DNA from: Candidatus Moraniibacteriota bacterium
Lineage (GTDB): Bacteria; Patescibacteriota; Minisyncoccia; Moranbacterales; GWC2-37-73
DNA: 64,000 bases
Direction of reading: 5' to 3'
Assembly (NCBI GenBank): GCA_003507445.1
Contig: DNVR01000019.1
Location: 1,367-65,366, forward strand
Notes under the pieces: model-generated
Database searches by the model: none
Told to the model about the DNA's origin: nothing
Seen by the model: the letters and a program-made list of their open reading frames with translations, nothing else
Shown here: one piece after another, positions 8,615 through 18,310 of the stretch
Layout: the number at the start of each line of letters is the position of its first letter
Numbering within the stretch: the first letter of the stretch is position 1
Program-made: the position numbers and the translations under genes

Positions 8615-9259
8615 ATGAGTTATCGCTTAAAAATTGATAATAGAAAAAAGATTGCCTTGGTCGTGGCTCGTGAGCTTCGAACGCTTTTTCCTGATGCAAA
8701 AATCGCACTTAATTTCAGCAATTCTTGGGAGCTTTTGGTAGCGGTTATTTTGAGCGCGCAGTGCACTGACAAAAAAGTGAATGAAGTAACTGAAAAACTT
8801 TTCAAGAAATACAAGACGCTGGATGATTATGTGAATGCTTCTCAGTTGGAATTTCAACAAGATATTTTTCAGACAGGTTTTTATCATAACAAAGCTAAAA
8901 ACATTTTAGCTACTGCCAAAATAATTAAAGAAAAATATAAAGGTAAGATTCCCTGTACAATGGAGGAATTGATTCAGTTGCCTGGAGTTGCTCGAAAAAC
9001 TGCTAATGTTGTGCTTGGGAGCGTTTGTGGTGTTTATGTGGGGATTGCAGTGGACACGCACGTCAGAAGACTTTCTAATTTGTTGGGACTTAGCCCTGAA
9101 AAAAATCCTGATAAGATTGAAAGAGATTTGATGCAGATTTTCCCTAAACAAGAATGGCCAAAAATAAGTTACCGCTTGATTGAATATGGCAGAAAATATT
9201 GCCCAGCGAAAAAACACAGTCATTCTGAATGTCCACTGACTAAAATTCTTAAAAATTAA
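8615..9259 (+). CDS. nth: Endonuclease III (DNA-(apurinic or apyrimidinic site) lyase).
   Basis: HhH-GPD motif LPGVARKTANVVL and the overall Nth fold pattern. Confidence 0.85.
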   Translation: MSYRLKIDNRKKIALVVARELRTLFPDAKIALNFSNSWELLVAVILSAQCTDKKVNEVTEKLFKKYKTLDDYVNASQLEFQQDIFQTGFYHNKAKNILATAKIIKEKYKGKIPCTMEELIQLPGVARKTANVVLGSVCGVYVGIAVDTHVRRLSNLLGLSPEKNPDKIERDLMQIFPKQEWPKISYRLIEYGRKYCPAKKHSHSECPLTKILKN

Positions 9260-9264
9260 AAAAT

Positions 9265-10389
9265 ATGCTTTCTTATATTGAAATTTCCAAAGAAAATTTG
9301 CTGCATAATTTCGAATTGATTCGAGGGTATATTCATCCTGAAGCAAAAGTTATTTGTGTTATAAAAGCCAATGCGTATGGGCATGGTCAAAATGAAGTTG
9401 CACAAATTCTTGAAAATTATGCTGATTATTTTCAAGTTGATGATGCTCAAGAATTAAAATTGCTGAGAGAAGTTTCTAAAAAGAAAATTTTAGTCCTGGG
9501 CTTTGTGGCTGAAAATGAAATAGAAGAGGCTTTGCGATTGGATGGGATTTTGGCTGTGTATGATTTGAAGCAAGTTGAAAAAATTAGTGAGATTGCAAAA
9601 AAGCTTAATAAAAATGCCATTATTCATATCAAAATAGACGCTTGTCTTGGAAGACAAGGCGTGCTCGTGGAGGATGCGCAAAAATTTGCTCAAGATATTT
9701 TGAAATTTGAAAATATTGAAGTGGATGGAATTTATTCTCATTTTGCAAACATTGAGGATACGAGCGATTTTTCACACGCGCAAAAACAAATCGATGCTTA
9801 TCGAAAAGCGCTGGAAATATTTTCCGAAGCTGGTTTTAAGGATGTAAAATCGCACATTTCTTCTACTGCCGGAACTTTGGTATATGAAAAAAATGAGTTG
9901 CAATCTTCTTTGGTAAGATTAGGTATTGGCCTGTATGGCTTGTGGCCATCTGTTGAATTGAAAAATAAATTTGAAAAAAATGATTTCAAGTTAAAACCTG
10001 CTTTGCGCTGGGTAACTCATATTGCGCAGGTTAAAACGCTTCCAGCGAATTATTCGATTGGATATGGGCTTACGTATATTACATCAAAAGAAATGAAGGT
10101 GGCGGTAATTCCACAAGGTTATAGCGATGGATATGACAGAGGACTTTCAAATGTTGGCGAAGTTTTGATAAAGGGCACTCGCTGTAAGATTTTGGGTCGC
10201 GTGGCGATGAATATGTTTGTGGTGGATGTTTCGCACCTTGCTGATGTTGCAGTTGAAGAAGAGGTTGTTTTGCTGGGAAAGCAAGGGGAGGAGGAAGTAA
10301 CAGCAGAAGAAATAGCTGAAAAAACAGGAACGATAAATTATGAAGTTGTGGCGAGAATTTCTGCTCTGCTGCAGCGCATCGTCTTGTAG
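9265..10389 (+). CDS. alr: Alanine racemase.
   Basis: PLP-binding motif VIKANAYGHG. Confidence 0.9.
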   Translation: MLSYIEISKENLLHNFELIRGYIHPEAKVICVIKANAYGHGQNEVAQILENYADYFQVDDAQELKLLREVSKKKILVLGFVAENEIEEALRLDGILAVYDLKQVEKISEIAKKLNKNAIIHIKIDACLGRQGVLVEDAQKFAQDILKFENIEVDGIYSHFANIEDTSDFSHAQKQIDAYRKALEIFSEAGFKDVKSHISSTAGTLVYEKNELQSSLVRLGIGLYGLWPSVELKNKFEKNDFKLKPALRWVTHIAQVKTLPANYSIGYGLTYITSKEMKVAVIPQGYSDGYDRGLSNVGEVLIKGTRCKILGRVAMNMFVVDVSHLADVAVEEEVVLLGKQGEEEVTAEEIAEKTGTINYEVVARISALLQRIVL

Positions 10390-10460
10390 GATAAATGCTT
10401 TTTTTTGAAAAGTTAAATCTAAATGTCGCGTATGTAAATATATGCGCGCTGAGATGAAAA

Positions 10461-11069
10461 ATGGAAAAAGAAAAAGAATTGAACATATACGCTGAAAAAA
10501 CTGATGAACAACTCGTCGCGCTAACGCTCAAAGACGAGAATTTTTATGCAATTTTGATTGAGCGATATGAAGAAAAACTTACGAGGTATATTTTGAGAAT
10601 TTCCGGAGGATCGAAAGAAGATGTCGAAGACACTTTGCAAGACGTCTTTATTAGCGCATATAAAAATCTTAATGATTTTGATCCTGATTTGAAATTTTCT
10701 TCTTGGATTTATCGCATCGCTCATAATAAAGTCATTAGTCATTTCAGAAAAATAACAGCGCGTCCAAAAACAGTGACATATGAAGGAGATGGGCAACTGC
10801 TTAATATTTTGGCTAGCGATCTTGATATTGCCAGAGATTTGGAAAGGAAATATACAGGAGAAGAAGTCAGGAGCATTCTTGAGGAGTTGGATGAAAAATA
10901 TAGGGAAGTTTTGGTTCTTAAGTTTTTGGAGGAAAAGGATTACAAGGAAATTTCTGATATTTTGGAAAAACCAATGGGAACAGTGGCAACACTTATAAAC
11001 AGGGCTAAAAAACAATTCAAAGAAAAATCACTGAGACGGGAAGCACAAACTCTAAAACCTAGAACCTAA
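10461..11069 (+). CDS. RNA polymerase sigma factor, sigma-70/ECF-like (regions 2 and 4).
   Basis: Region 2 DVFISAYKNLNDFDPDLKFSSWIYRIAHNKVISHFRK; region 4 YKEISDILEKPMGTVATLINRAKKQF. The C-terminal TLKPRT is encoded by an (AACCTAR)n heptamer array. Confidence 0.8.
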   Translation: MEKEKELNIYAEKTDEQLVALTLKDENFYAILIERYEEKLTRYILRISGGSKEDVEDTLQDVFISAYKNLNDFDPDLKFSSWIYRIAHNKVISHFRKITARPKTVTYEGDGQLLNILASDLDIARDLERKYTGEEVRSILEELDEKYREVLVLKFLEEKDYKEISDILEKPMGTVATLINRAKKQFKEKSLRREAQTLKPRT

Positions 11070-11086
11070 TACCTAAAACCTAAAAA
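11052..11086. repeat. (AACCTAR)n heptamer array, overlapping the sigma gene stop.
   Basis: CTAAAACCTAGAACCTAATACCTAAAACCTAA. Confidence 0.8.
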
Positions 11087-11087
11087 A

Positions 11088-11897
11088 ATGACAAAATTCA
11101 GTGAAAGTATTATTGGCAAAATCAAGTGCGAGCACATCGCTCCTGTTCCAAGGTGGCATTTTTTGCTTAAGGGTGGTGTTTTTTGGACACTCTTTGGATT
11201 TTCGATGATATTAGGAAGTCTTTCTTTTAGTGTTATTGTGCATATTGTGAGATCCGGAGATTTTGGAGTTTGCGATCATTTGCAAGGAAATTTAATAACT
11301 TCAGCCGTGATGCTCCTTCCTTATTTCTGGCTCGTTTTCCTAACCCTTTTTATAATAGTTGCTTATATTAACTGGAAATGTACCAAGAATGGATATCGCT
11401 TTAGAAGGCGTTGGATAATTTTAGTTGGGATATTGCTCAGTATCATTTTCGGCATTATTTTTTATGCCATTGGAATGGCAACAAAAGTTGATAATTTGAT
11501 GACCAAAACCATTCCTCTCTATGACATATCAAAACATAATGCACGTAAGGAGCTTTGGCTTCAACCTGAAAGTGGTTTGCTTATTGGAAAAATTATTGAA
11601 ATAGATGAGGTTGAAGAAAAAATTGTTCTTAAGGATGAAGAAGGAAGGGAATGGATTGTTGCGGACAGGGCTGTTGGTTGGGAGGATGATGACTTAGAAA
11701 GAAAGGGAAAGATTATTAAGGTTGTTGGCAAAAAAATAGGAGAATCTGAATTTGAAGCCAATGAAATTAGGAGATGTAATGATTGCCAAGACGATGAAGA
11801 TATGGGAGAAGTTGATGAAGAATTGGCGAAAAAAGAAGCTTCTAAGAATACCCATCGAAATATTATTATAGACGAGGAGGATTCAAGAGAAGAATAA
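11088..11897 (+). CDS. Membrane protein, putative anti-sigma factor partner of the upstream sigma gene.
   Basis: Immediately downstream of the ECF-like sigma gene. Has a cytoplasmic N-terminus, transmembrane helices and an acidic, Cys-containing C-terminus. Confidence 0.4.
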   Translation: MTKFSESIIGKIKCEHIAPVPRWHFLLKGGVFWTLFGFSMILGSLSFSVIVHIVRSGDFGVCDHLQGNLITSAVMLLPYFWLVFLTLFIIVAYINWKCTKNGYRFRRRWIILVGILLSIIFGIIFYAIGMATKVDNLMTKTIPLYDISKHNARKELWLQPESGLLIGKIIEIDEVEEKIVLKDEEGREWIVADRAVGWEDDDLERKGKIIKVVGKKIGESEFEANEIRRCNDCQDDEDMGEVDEELAKKEASKNTHRNIIIDEEDSREE

Positions 11898-11912
11898 GAT
11901 TGGTTTTTTTTC

Positions 11913-13088
11913 TTATTTTATCAATTCAGTTTTTTCTAATGCTTGCTTGATTAGTGTTGGAATGTCCAATTCTTTTTCTGCTTCTAAAACCTCCCAAAGT
12001 TTTGCTCGCGTTTCTGGTTTTTTGGGCATCAAACGAGTGCAGCAATCATCATGAGGTTGAATGGAAATATCGTAAGTGCCAATAGTCTTGGCTTTTTGCA
12101 TAATTTCTTCTTTGTCCACTCCGATTAGCGGTCTAAAAATTGGTAAAGTTGCAGCCTCGCTCACTGCTAAAATGTTTTCGAGTGTTTGCGAAGCTACTTG
12201 TCCGATTGAATCTCCCGTGATGAGTGCCAAGCACTTTTCTTTTTTAGCAAGAACTTCGGCAATGCGAATCATCATTCGGCGATAAAGAATTACGCGAAAT
12301 CTTTCCGGAGTTTTCATCATAATTTCTTTTTGCACGTCGGCAAATGGAATTAGATATAATCTGGTGGAGCTGCCAAATTTTTTAAGTTCTTGAGAAAGTG
12401 CGATTACTTTTTCTATGGAAGCTTTGGATGTGTATGGTGCGCTGTGAAAATGAGCATAGCGAAGTTGCACTCCGCGCCTGAGTATTTGAAAAGCGGCCAC
12501 GGGAGAATCAAATCCGCCAGAAAGCATCGCCATAGCTTTGTTTCCAGTGCCAACTGGCATCCCGCCAATCCCAGAAATTTTTTCAAGCGATACAAGTGCA
12601 AACTCATTAAGAATAAAAATTTTGCATTCGCAGTCGGGGTTTTTCATGCTGACCGATTTTTCTCCGTTCAATTTATCATAAATATATCCCCCAACTTCGC
12701 GATTGATTTCCTCTGAAGTCATTGGAAAATTTTTATTGGATCTTTGCGTTGTCACGCGGAAAGTTTCAAATTTTTCTTTGCTCATCATCTTCCAACAGAA
12801 AGTTTTTAAGGTCTCAATGTCTTGTGGAACACTGGTTGCGAAAGAAAAATTAGCAATACCAGGGGTATGCATCAGTGCGTTTTTAATCTCATTTGGATTT
12901 TTGAGACCATTCTCATTTAATTTAATCAAGATCCCACCAGACATTTTTTTAACATAGTCAAAACCACTCGGACAAAAATTGTTGAGTTGAGATTTGATAT
13001 TTTCAATCAATTGCTTCTCAAAGAAGTTGCGATTTCCGCCTTTGAGGGCAATTTCACCATAATGTATGAGAATGTGATCTTGTTTCAT
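11913..13088 (-). CDS. thiI: tRNA 4-thiouridine synthase / tRNA sulfurtransferase.
   Basis: THUMP-like N-terminus and PP-loop AMAMLSGGFDSPVAAF. Confidence 0.85.
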   Translation of the reverse strand: MKQDHILIHYGEIALKGGNRNFFEKQLIENIKSQLNNFCPSGFDYVKKMSGGILIKLNENGLKNPNEIKNALMHTPGIANFSFATSVPQDIETLKTFCWKMMSKEKFETFRVTTQRSNKNFPMTSEEINREVGGYIYDKLNGEKSVSMKNPDCECKIFILNEFALVSLEKISGIGGMPVGTGNKAMAMLSGGFDSPVAAFQILRRGVQLRYAHFHSAPYTSKASIEKVIALSQELKKFGSSTRLYLIPFADVQKEIMMKTPERFRVILYRRMMIRIAEVLAKKEKCLALITGDSIGQVASQTLENILAVSEAATLPIFRPLIGVDKEEIMQKAKTIGTYDISIQPHDDCCTRLMPKKPETRAKLWEVLEAEKELDIPTLIKQALEKTELIK

Positions 13089-13373
13089 AAACCTATTGAT
13101 AACACGAAAAAAGGCACAAGTAAAGAAGATACAGTCTTTTCAACTAAGGTTTAGATGTGCAAAAATCCTTTTTTGCTTACAGGTGCATTCTCAAATCGCT
13201 GCGAGGCAGTCAAGAGAGCGAAGCCGAGTGATCTTGACGGTCGAGGTAGATTTGATATTTGATTGGCTCATAGACAGGAGGCTAAAAATCTGCTATAATG
13301 GATATAGTTATTTGAAAAGACGGGTGCAAAGCCTGTCTTTTTGTCTTTTTATAAACCAATAACAAACAAAAAT

Positions 13374-13577
13374 ATGAATTTTGATCAACCATTCTTAGAA
13401 CCTGTCAAAAAGCCGATAAGCAGGAGGGAATTTTTGACGGGGGAATGGGATGACCAAGAAGAATCAAAAAAGAAATTAGCAGACGAATCAAAAGATGAGA
13501 TTGATAAGATTGTTGATGGTATAAAAGAAAAGGAAATTAGCCGCAGAAATTTATTGACTGGCAAATGGTTCAACTAA
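13374..13577 (+). CDS. Small protein with a duplicated ISRR(E/N)(F/L)LTG(E/K)W motif.
   Basis: Two copies of a Tat-like RRxFLTG motif, each without a following hydrophobic region. Confidence 0.3.
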   Translation: MNFDQPFLEPVKKPISRREFLTGEWDDQEESKKKLADESKDEIDKIVDGIKEKEISRRNLLTGKWFN

Positions 13578-13599
13578 AAAATAAGATTGCAAAGCTATT

Positions 13600-15144
13600 A
13601 TGGAAAAATTTGAATCCCATTTTGATGCTAGTGCAGAATTAAAAAATGTAAGACATTTGGATGATAATGAAAAGGAGTTGTCCAAGGAGGACAGATTGAA
13701 ATTGAGAAAAGAAAGACTCGAGGATATTAAAAAAAAATTGGCAGACCAAATGATAGGAATTGCACAAACGAATGCTGGACTTGAAAGTCTTGTTTTTTCA
13801 GGTGAGGAATTGACTATAGAAAAATTGAACGACTTTCTTGAAAAATCCATTTTAGTTCACAAACTTGCCCCCTGGCAGATTGAATATTACAAAAAAGCGA
13901 TTGAAAGGGTTGTCGAAAGAAACATCTTGGTGAATAGATTTTTTGCAGAAAATTGCGAAGGAAAAACAGATGAGGAATTTTTTGAATTTATTTTTGATAA
14001 AAAACCACACGGTAAAATTTTAATTGAAAAAGGAGCTCTTTGCCCAATAATAACTTGCTGTGAAGAAGATTTTTCATATATACGCTCACTTAATTTTGTA
14101 GAAAAAATGAACTCAGGCGATAATGGTGGCATAAATAGTAAACAGGTACAAAATATAGTTGGCGTAATGATGCGATTTTCTCCAGATGTTTATCCTAAAT
14201 TTGTCTCCTTCGGAAGCACGCTCGTTGTTGTAAAACTGCCCGGCAATACTGAAGAAAAAACTGCCGGAACTATTATTCACGAAGAAAAACACGTTCTGGA
14301 CAGGATGGTATTTTCAGATGAAAAGCGTAACATTGCTGAGAAAACACAGGCTGATCTGACGAAGATGGTGGAAGGCTTCAATGACATTTCCGATGAAGAG
14401 CTTGATCACTTAAGTCCCAAAGAGTTTGTTGAACGCTTTACAATCAAGCCTATCGAAAAGCAGCTAGATGGGTTGCGAAAAATTTCTGAAGAAATTGCCA
14501 GAGAAGAGATTCTTGCTTATTACAAGGAGGGTTTTAATGTAGATCATCTTTATGCAATTCTTTCTAGTTCGTATGAGGGAACTGGCTATGGCGTTATTGA
14601 CGAGATGACTATACGGGGATTTGAGCAACACCTTGAGACATTTTCAGGTGTCGAGCAAGAAAAGAAAATTGCATTGGAATTTTTTAAAGATATACATAAA
14701 AAAGAAGAACAAGATTATACTAAGCATCTGTCGAGGGGAATAGATGCGATAAGAAGACTTGAAAATATAGGAATTTCAAGAGGTGAAATTATTGGACTTT
14801 TTGAAACTGAGTCGCTTGCAAATTGGAATAAAATTTTTGAGAGAATAGAAAAAAGTGATGTGTATTCAAAAAAACGTAATATACATTCATTGGAACTGTA
14901 TCTAAAAAGCACTGAAGATAATATTGAAAGTCATAAAGAAATTATAGCTGAAGCATTGCAGCAATTAGAAGAACCCTCTGAGAGAAACCATCTTTACAGC
15001 TTTTGGCAAAATTATCACAAGCAAAAATATGCAACATATGAAGATGCTTTGAAATTTTTTCTTGAGTCCAACAAAAAGTATCTTGACGAGTCATTGGCAA
15101 GGAAAAGAGAATTGAAGCAGCAAATATCTGAGCTTGAAAAATAG
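13600..15144 (+). CDS. Hypothetical 514-aa protein with an HExxH motif; possible zincin-like metallopeptidase.
   Basis: HEEKH in TIIHEEKHVLD; coiled-coil-rich termini. Confidence 0.4.
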   Translation: MEKFESHFDASAELKNVRHLDDNEKELSKEDRLKLRKERLEDIKKKLADQMIGIAQTNAGLESLVFSGEELTIEKLNDFLEKSILVHKLAPWQIEYYKKAIERVVERNILVNRFFAENCEGKTDEEFFEFIFDKKPHGKILIEKGALCPIITCCEEDFSYIRSLNFVEKMNSGDNGGINSKQVQNIVGVMMRFSPDVYPKFVSFGSTLVVVKLPGNTEEKTAGTIIHEEKHVLDRMVFSDEKRNIAEKTQADLTKMVEGFNDISDEELDHLSPKEFVERFTIKPIEKQLDGLRKISEEIAREEILAYYKEGFNVDHLYAILSSSYEGTGYGVIDEMTIRGFEQHLETFSGVEQEKKIALEFFKDIHKKEEQDYTKHLSRGIDAIRRLENIGISRGEIIGLFETESLANWNKIFERIEKSDVYSKKRNIHSLELYLKSTEDNIESHKEIIAEALQQLEEPSERNHLYSFWQNYHKQKYATYEDALKFFLESNKKYLDESLARKRELKQQISELEK

Positions 15145-15499
15145 CAGCTGCTTGAGAAAAATTCCAGACACGTTTTTAATTTTAGTGATTTCAGCTCTGA
15201 TTGCAACAGGACTTGAAAAAATTGATTCTTGCATTATGTGGGGGTATATTGAACTGATTTAATAAACCAGTTTTTTATATGCAGAAAAGGTTAGATGAAG
15301 TCGTAGAAAAATTTAAAAGTAGTTAAATAACTCTCGAAGCATACTGGGCTATTTGTGATTTTGCAAAAATAATTGAAACACGTTCTAAATTTGTTGAAGA
15401 AGCTGTATTGTTGCCTTCTTTTTTATTGCCTAAATTAAGTATTTACTGTACGATTTACTTTATGAACTTTTAACTTTAGAATTTTACGAACTTAAATTT

Positions 15500-16552
15500 A
15501 TGGCTTTACAAATAGGAATTGTGGGGTTGCCAAATGTGGGGAAATCAACCCTTTTTAAGGCATTAACGGAAAATCCAGTAGAAATTAGCAATTATCCATT
15601 TTGCACTATTGAACCTAATGTTGGTGTGGTAAAGGTGCCAGATGAGCGCTTGGATAAACTGTCGATAATGTCAGAAACAGAAAAAATCGTGCCAGCAGTG
15701 GTGGAATTTGTGGATATCGCTGGAATTGTGAAGGGGGCATCTGAGGGAGAAGGTTTGGGCAACAAATTTTTGGCTAATATTAGGGAAGTTGACGCAATTG
15801 CTCAAGTTGTGCGAGTTTTTGAAAATTCTAATATTACTCACGTGCATAACAAAGTTGACCCTCTTGAAGACATCGAAATCATCAATACTGAGCTTATTTT
15901 GGCAGATCTTGAAACCGTGACAAAAAGAATGGAAAAATTGGCCAAAGATGCACGTGGAAATGATAAAGAGGCTCAATTCAAGCTTATCATAGCGGAAAAA
16001 ATTAAAAATACCTTAGAAAAAGGTCTTTTGGCTAATATGACAGACATTGATTTTGAGGACCAAAACACCAAAATTGCCGTGCGAGAGCTGCAATTGCTCA
16101 CAATGAAGCCATTTTTGTATGTCTATAATGTTTCTGATGTTAATGAAAAATTGCCGGATATTTTGGAAAACAGAAGGCACGTTAAGTTGGACATTAAAAT
16201 TGAGGAAGAATTGATTGAGATGAGTGAGGAGGAAAAGGCTGAAATGGAGCTAACTTCCCACATTAATGATTTGATTGTTGAGGCGTACGACTTGTTGGGG
16301 CTGCAAACATTTATCACTACTGGAAAAATTGAAACAAGAGCTTGGACAATAAAAAAAGGTGCTACGGCGCCCGAAGCAGGCGCTGCAATTCACACTGATT
16401 TTCAAGAAAAATTCATTCGAGCCGATGTTATTATGTGGGACAAACTACTCGAAATCGGTTCCTGGGGTAAGGCTAAAGAATTAGGCGCGGTTAAAACTGT
16501 TGGCAGGGATTATGTGATGACAGATGGGGAGGTAGTAGAATTTAAAGTTTAA
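15500..16552 (+). CDS. ychF: Ribosome-binding ATPase YchF (Obg-family GTPase).
   Basis: G1 motif [14 protein letters not shown] and a C-terminal TGS domain. Confidence 0.9.
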   Translation: MALQIGIVGLPNVGKSTLFKALTENPVEISNYPFCTIEPNVGVVKVPDERLDKLSIMSETEKIVPAVVEFVDIAGIVKGASEGEGLGNKFLANIREVDAIAQVVRVFENSNITHVHNKVDPLEDIEIINTELILADLETVTKRMEKLAKDARGNDKEAQFKLIIAEKIKNTLEKGLLANMTDIDFEDQNTKIAVRELQLLTMKPFLYVYNVSDVNEKLPDILENRRHVKLDIKIEEELIEMSEEEKAEMELTSHINDLIVEAYDLLGLQTFITTGKIETRAWTIKKGATAPEAGAAIHTDFQEKFIRADVIMWDKLLEIGSWGKAKELGAVKTVGRDYVMTDGEVVEFKV

Positions 16553-16572
16553 TCGCCAGCTGGCGATTAAAC
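16553..16572. terminator. Palindromic terminator AATCGCCAGCTGGCGATT.
   Basis: Perfect hairpin immediately after the ychF stop. The same CGCCAGCTGGCG palindrome recurs at 28812-28827. Confidence 0.55.
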
Positions 16573-16777
16573 TTTAAATTAATTTCCAAATCCCAAATCC
16601 CAATTTCCAAACAATAAGTTTCTTACTTTCTTAAAAGTGCTAGCGCAAGCTAGTCTTTTTGTATTTTTGGTATATGTTTTATGTTCCATGCTTTATGACT
16701 CTTTACTGTTTTATGTTATATGATTTTGTGATATAATTGTGATAAGAATGAAACTGCTAAATATCTTATAAAATATA

Positions 16778-17758
16778 ATGATAAATTTAAAACAAAGAAT
16801 TTACGATGAGCTGAATTTAAAAAAACAAGCTGATGAGCTCGGGGTTAAAGTTTGGCAAGCGCCTAGTTTTTTGTTTATTGTGATGGGTTTTATTATTGTT
16901 GTTGCGATGACGGCGGTGTATGTTGTGTCTATAAATTATGATTATCCTGAGATTGTGGTAATCAGTGAATCTTTGGTGGTTGTTTTGCTTTTTACGATCG
17001 GGAGTTTTATTATCAGAACTGTGGAAGAAGTGGCCAAAGCAAACAAAATGAAAACAGAATTTGTTTCAATTGCTTCACATCAACTTAAAACTCCTATTTC
17101 TGAAATGAAATGGCAAATAGAGTTGTTGTTGATAAAATTTTCCACAGGACTCAGCGTTAAACAAACTGAAATAGTAAATGAAATTGCGCATTCAAGTGAA
17201 AAAATGGGAAGACTTGTTAATGATTTGTTGGATGTGGCTAGAATTGATCAGGGACAGTTGGCACTTGCCAAGGAAGAAATTAATTTTTGTGATTTGGTTG
17301 ATGATTCAGTTCAGTCGCAAAAGATTTTTGCTAAAGCCAGAAATATTGATTTGGCAACATCTTGCAATGTGGACAAGTTGATGGTGCTTGTCGATAAGAG
17401 ACGACTCTCTGTTGTGCTTGATAATCTTATTTCTAATGCGATTAAATATATTGATGGCAATGGTAAGGTGGAGGTTGTCGTTGAAAATGCTGATGGTTTT
17501 GCTCAAGTTTGCGTTAGGGATGATGGCGTGGGTATTCCAAAAAATGAACAAGATAATATTGCTAAGAAATTTTTTCGTAGCAATAATTCAATTAAAAATA
17601 GAACTGATGGAACTGGGCTTGGATTATATATAGCCAAAAATATCGTAGAGCAATCAGGTGGAAAGTTGTGGTTTAAATCAATTGAAAATGTTGGTAGTGA
17701 ATTTTATTTCTCAATTCCATTGGTTGATAATGAAAAAAATAATTTAAATTTTAAATAA
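16778..17758 (+). CDS. Sensor histidine kinase (HisKA plus HATPase_c domains).
   Basis: H-box SIASHQLKTPIS; G-boxes DDGVGIP and GTGLGLYIAK; N-terminal transmembrane helices. Confidence 0.8.
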   Translation: MINLKQRIYDELNLKKQADELGVKVWQAPSFLFIVMGFIIVVAMTAVYVVSINYDYPEIVVISESLVVVLLFTIGSFIIRTVEEVAKANKMKTEFVSIASHQLKTPISEMKWQIELLLIKFSTGLSVKQTEIVNEIAHSSEKMGRLVNDLLDVARIDQGQLALAKEEINFCDLVDDSVQSQKIFAKARNIDLATSCNVDKLMVLVDKRRLSVVLDNLISNAIKYIDGNGKVEVVVENADGFAQVCVRDDGVGIPKNEQDNIAKKFFRSNNSIKNRTDGTGLGLYIAKNIVEQSGGKLWFKSIENVGSEFYFSIPLVDNEKNNLNFK

Positions 17759-17814
17759 AAATAATGTTCTTGATCGGTTCGAAAATATTTTCGTGTCGGT
17801 TGTGAGAAAAGTTT

Positions 17815-18186
17815 ATGGCAAAGTTATTGATTATTGAAGATGATCTTGTTCTGCAAAAAGCCCTTAGTGAATATCTCACCTCTGAAGGTTTTGAGGTTGA
17901 ATGTGCAGAAGATGGGGAAATTGGCGCCAAGTTGGCCTTAACTGGAAAACCAGATTTGATTTTGCTGGATATTGTTTTGCCAAAAAAAGATGGATATGCA
18001 GTGCTTGCAGAAGTGCGAGCAGATGAAAATTCAAAGAATATCCCTATAGTGCTGCTAACAAATCTCGGAAGTATTTCTGATGTTGAAAAGGCTTTGGAAT
18101 TGGGCGCAACGACTTATCTTGTAAAAGCTGATTATAAATTGGAAGAAGTTACTGCCAAAGTTAAAGAACTCTTGCATATCAAATAG
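17815..18186 (+). CDS. Single-domain response regulator (CheY-like receiver only).
   Basis: LLIIEDD...DLILLDIVLPKKDG...K motif set; no output domain. Confidence 0.8.
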   Translation: MAKLLIIEDDLVLQKALSEYLTSEGFEVECAEDGEIGAKLALTGKPDLILLDIVLPKKDGYAVLAEVRADENSKNIPIVLLTNLGSISDVEKALELGATTYLVKADYKLEEVTAKVKELLHIK

Positions 18187-18244
18187 CATAGGCTATAAAC
18201 GTACAAAAGGCGTACAAAAATACAAAAATACAAAAATACAAAAA

Positions 18245-18287
18245 CCCCAGTTAAATAGTGAGGGTTACCGTAATTTAACGGGGTAAA
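18245..18287. repeat. Short palindromic element of the same family (CCCCAGTTAAATAG...TAATTTAACGGGGTAAAC), upstream of pilB.
   Basis: Shares both arms with the long copies. Confidence 0.65.
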
Positions 18288-18310
18288 CAAAAATAAAAAA
18301 CAGAAATCCC

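Noticed and set aside
13096-13362. ORF 13096-13362(+) in the thiI upstream region.
   Set aside because: It lies in a divergent promoter region with a TGcTATAAT box and a hairpin; the translation has no features. It is more likely non-coding leader or promoter DNA.
13374-13577. Twin-arginine (Tat) signal peptides in the 78-aa protein.
   Set aside because: Both RRxFLTG motifs are followed by charged residues, not a hydrophobic h-region, and occur twice within one short protein. They are not export signals.
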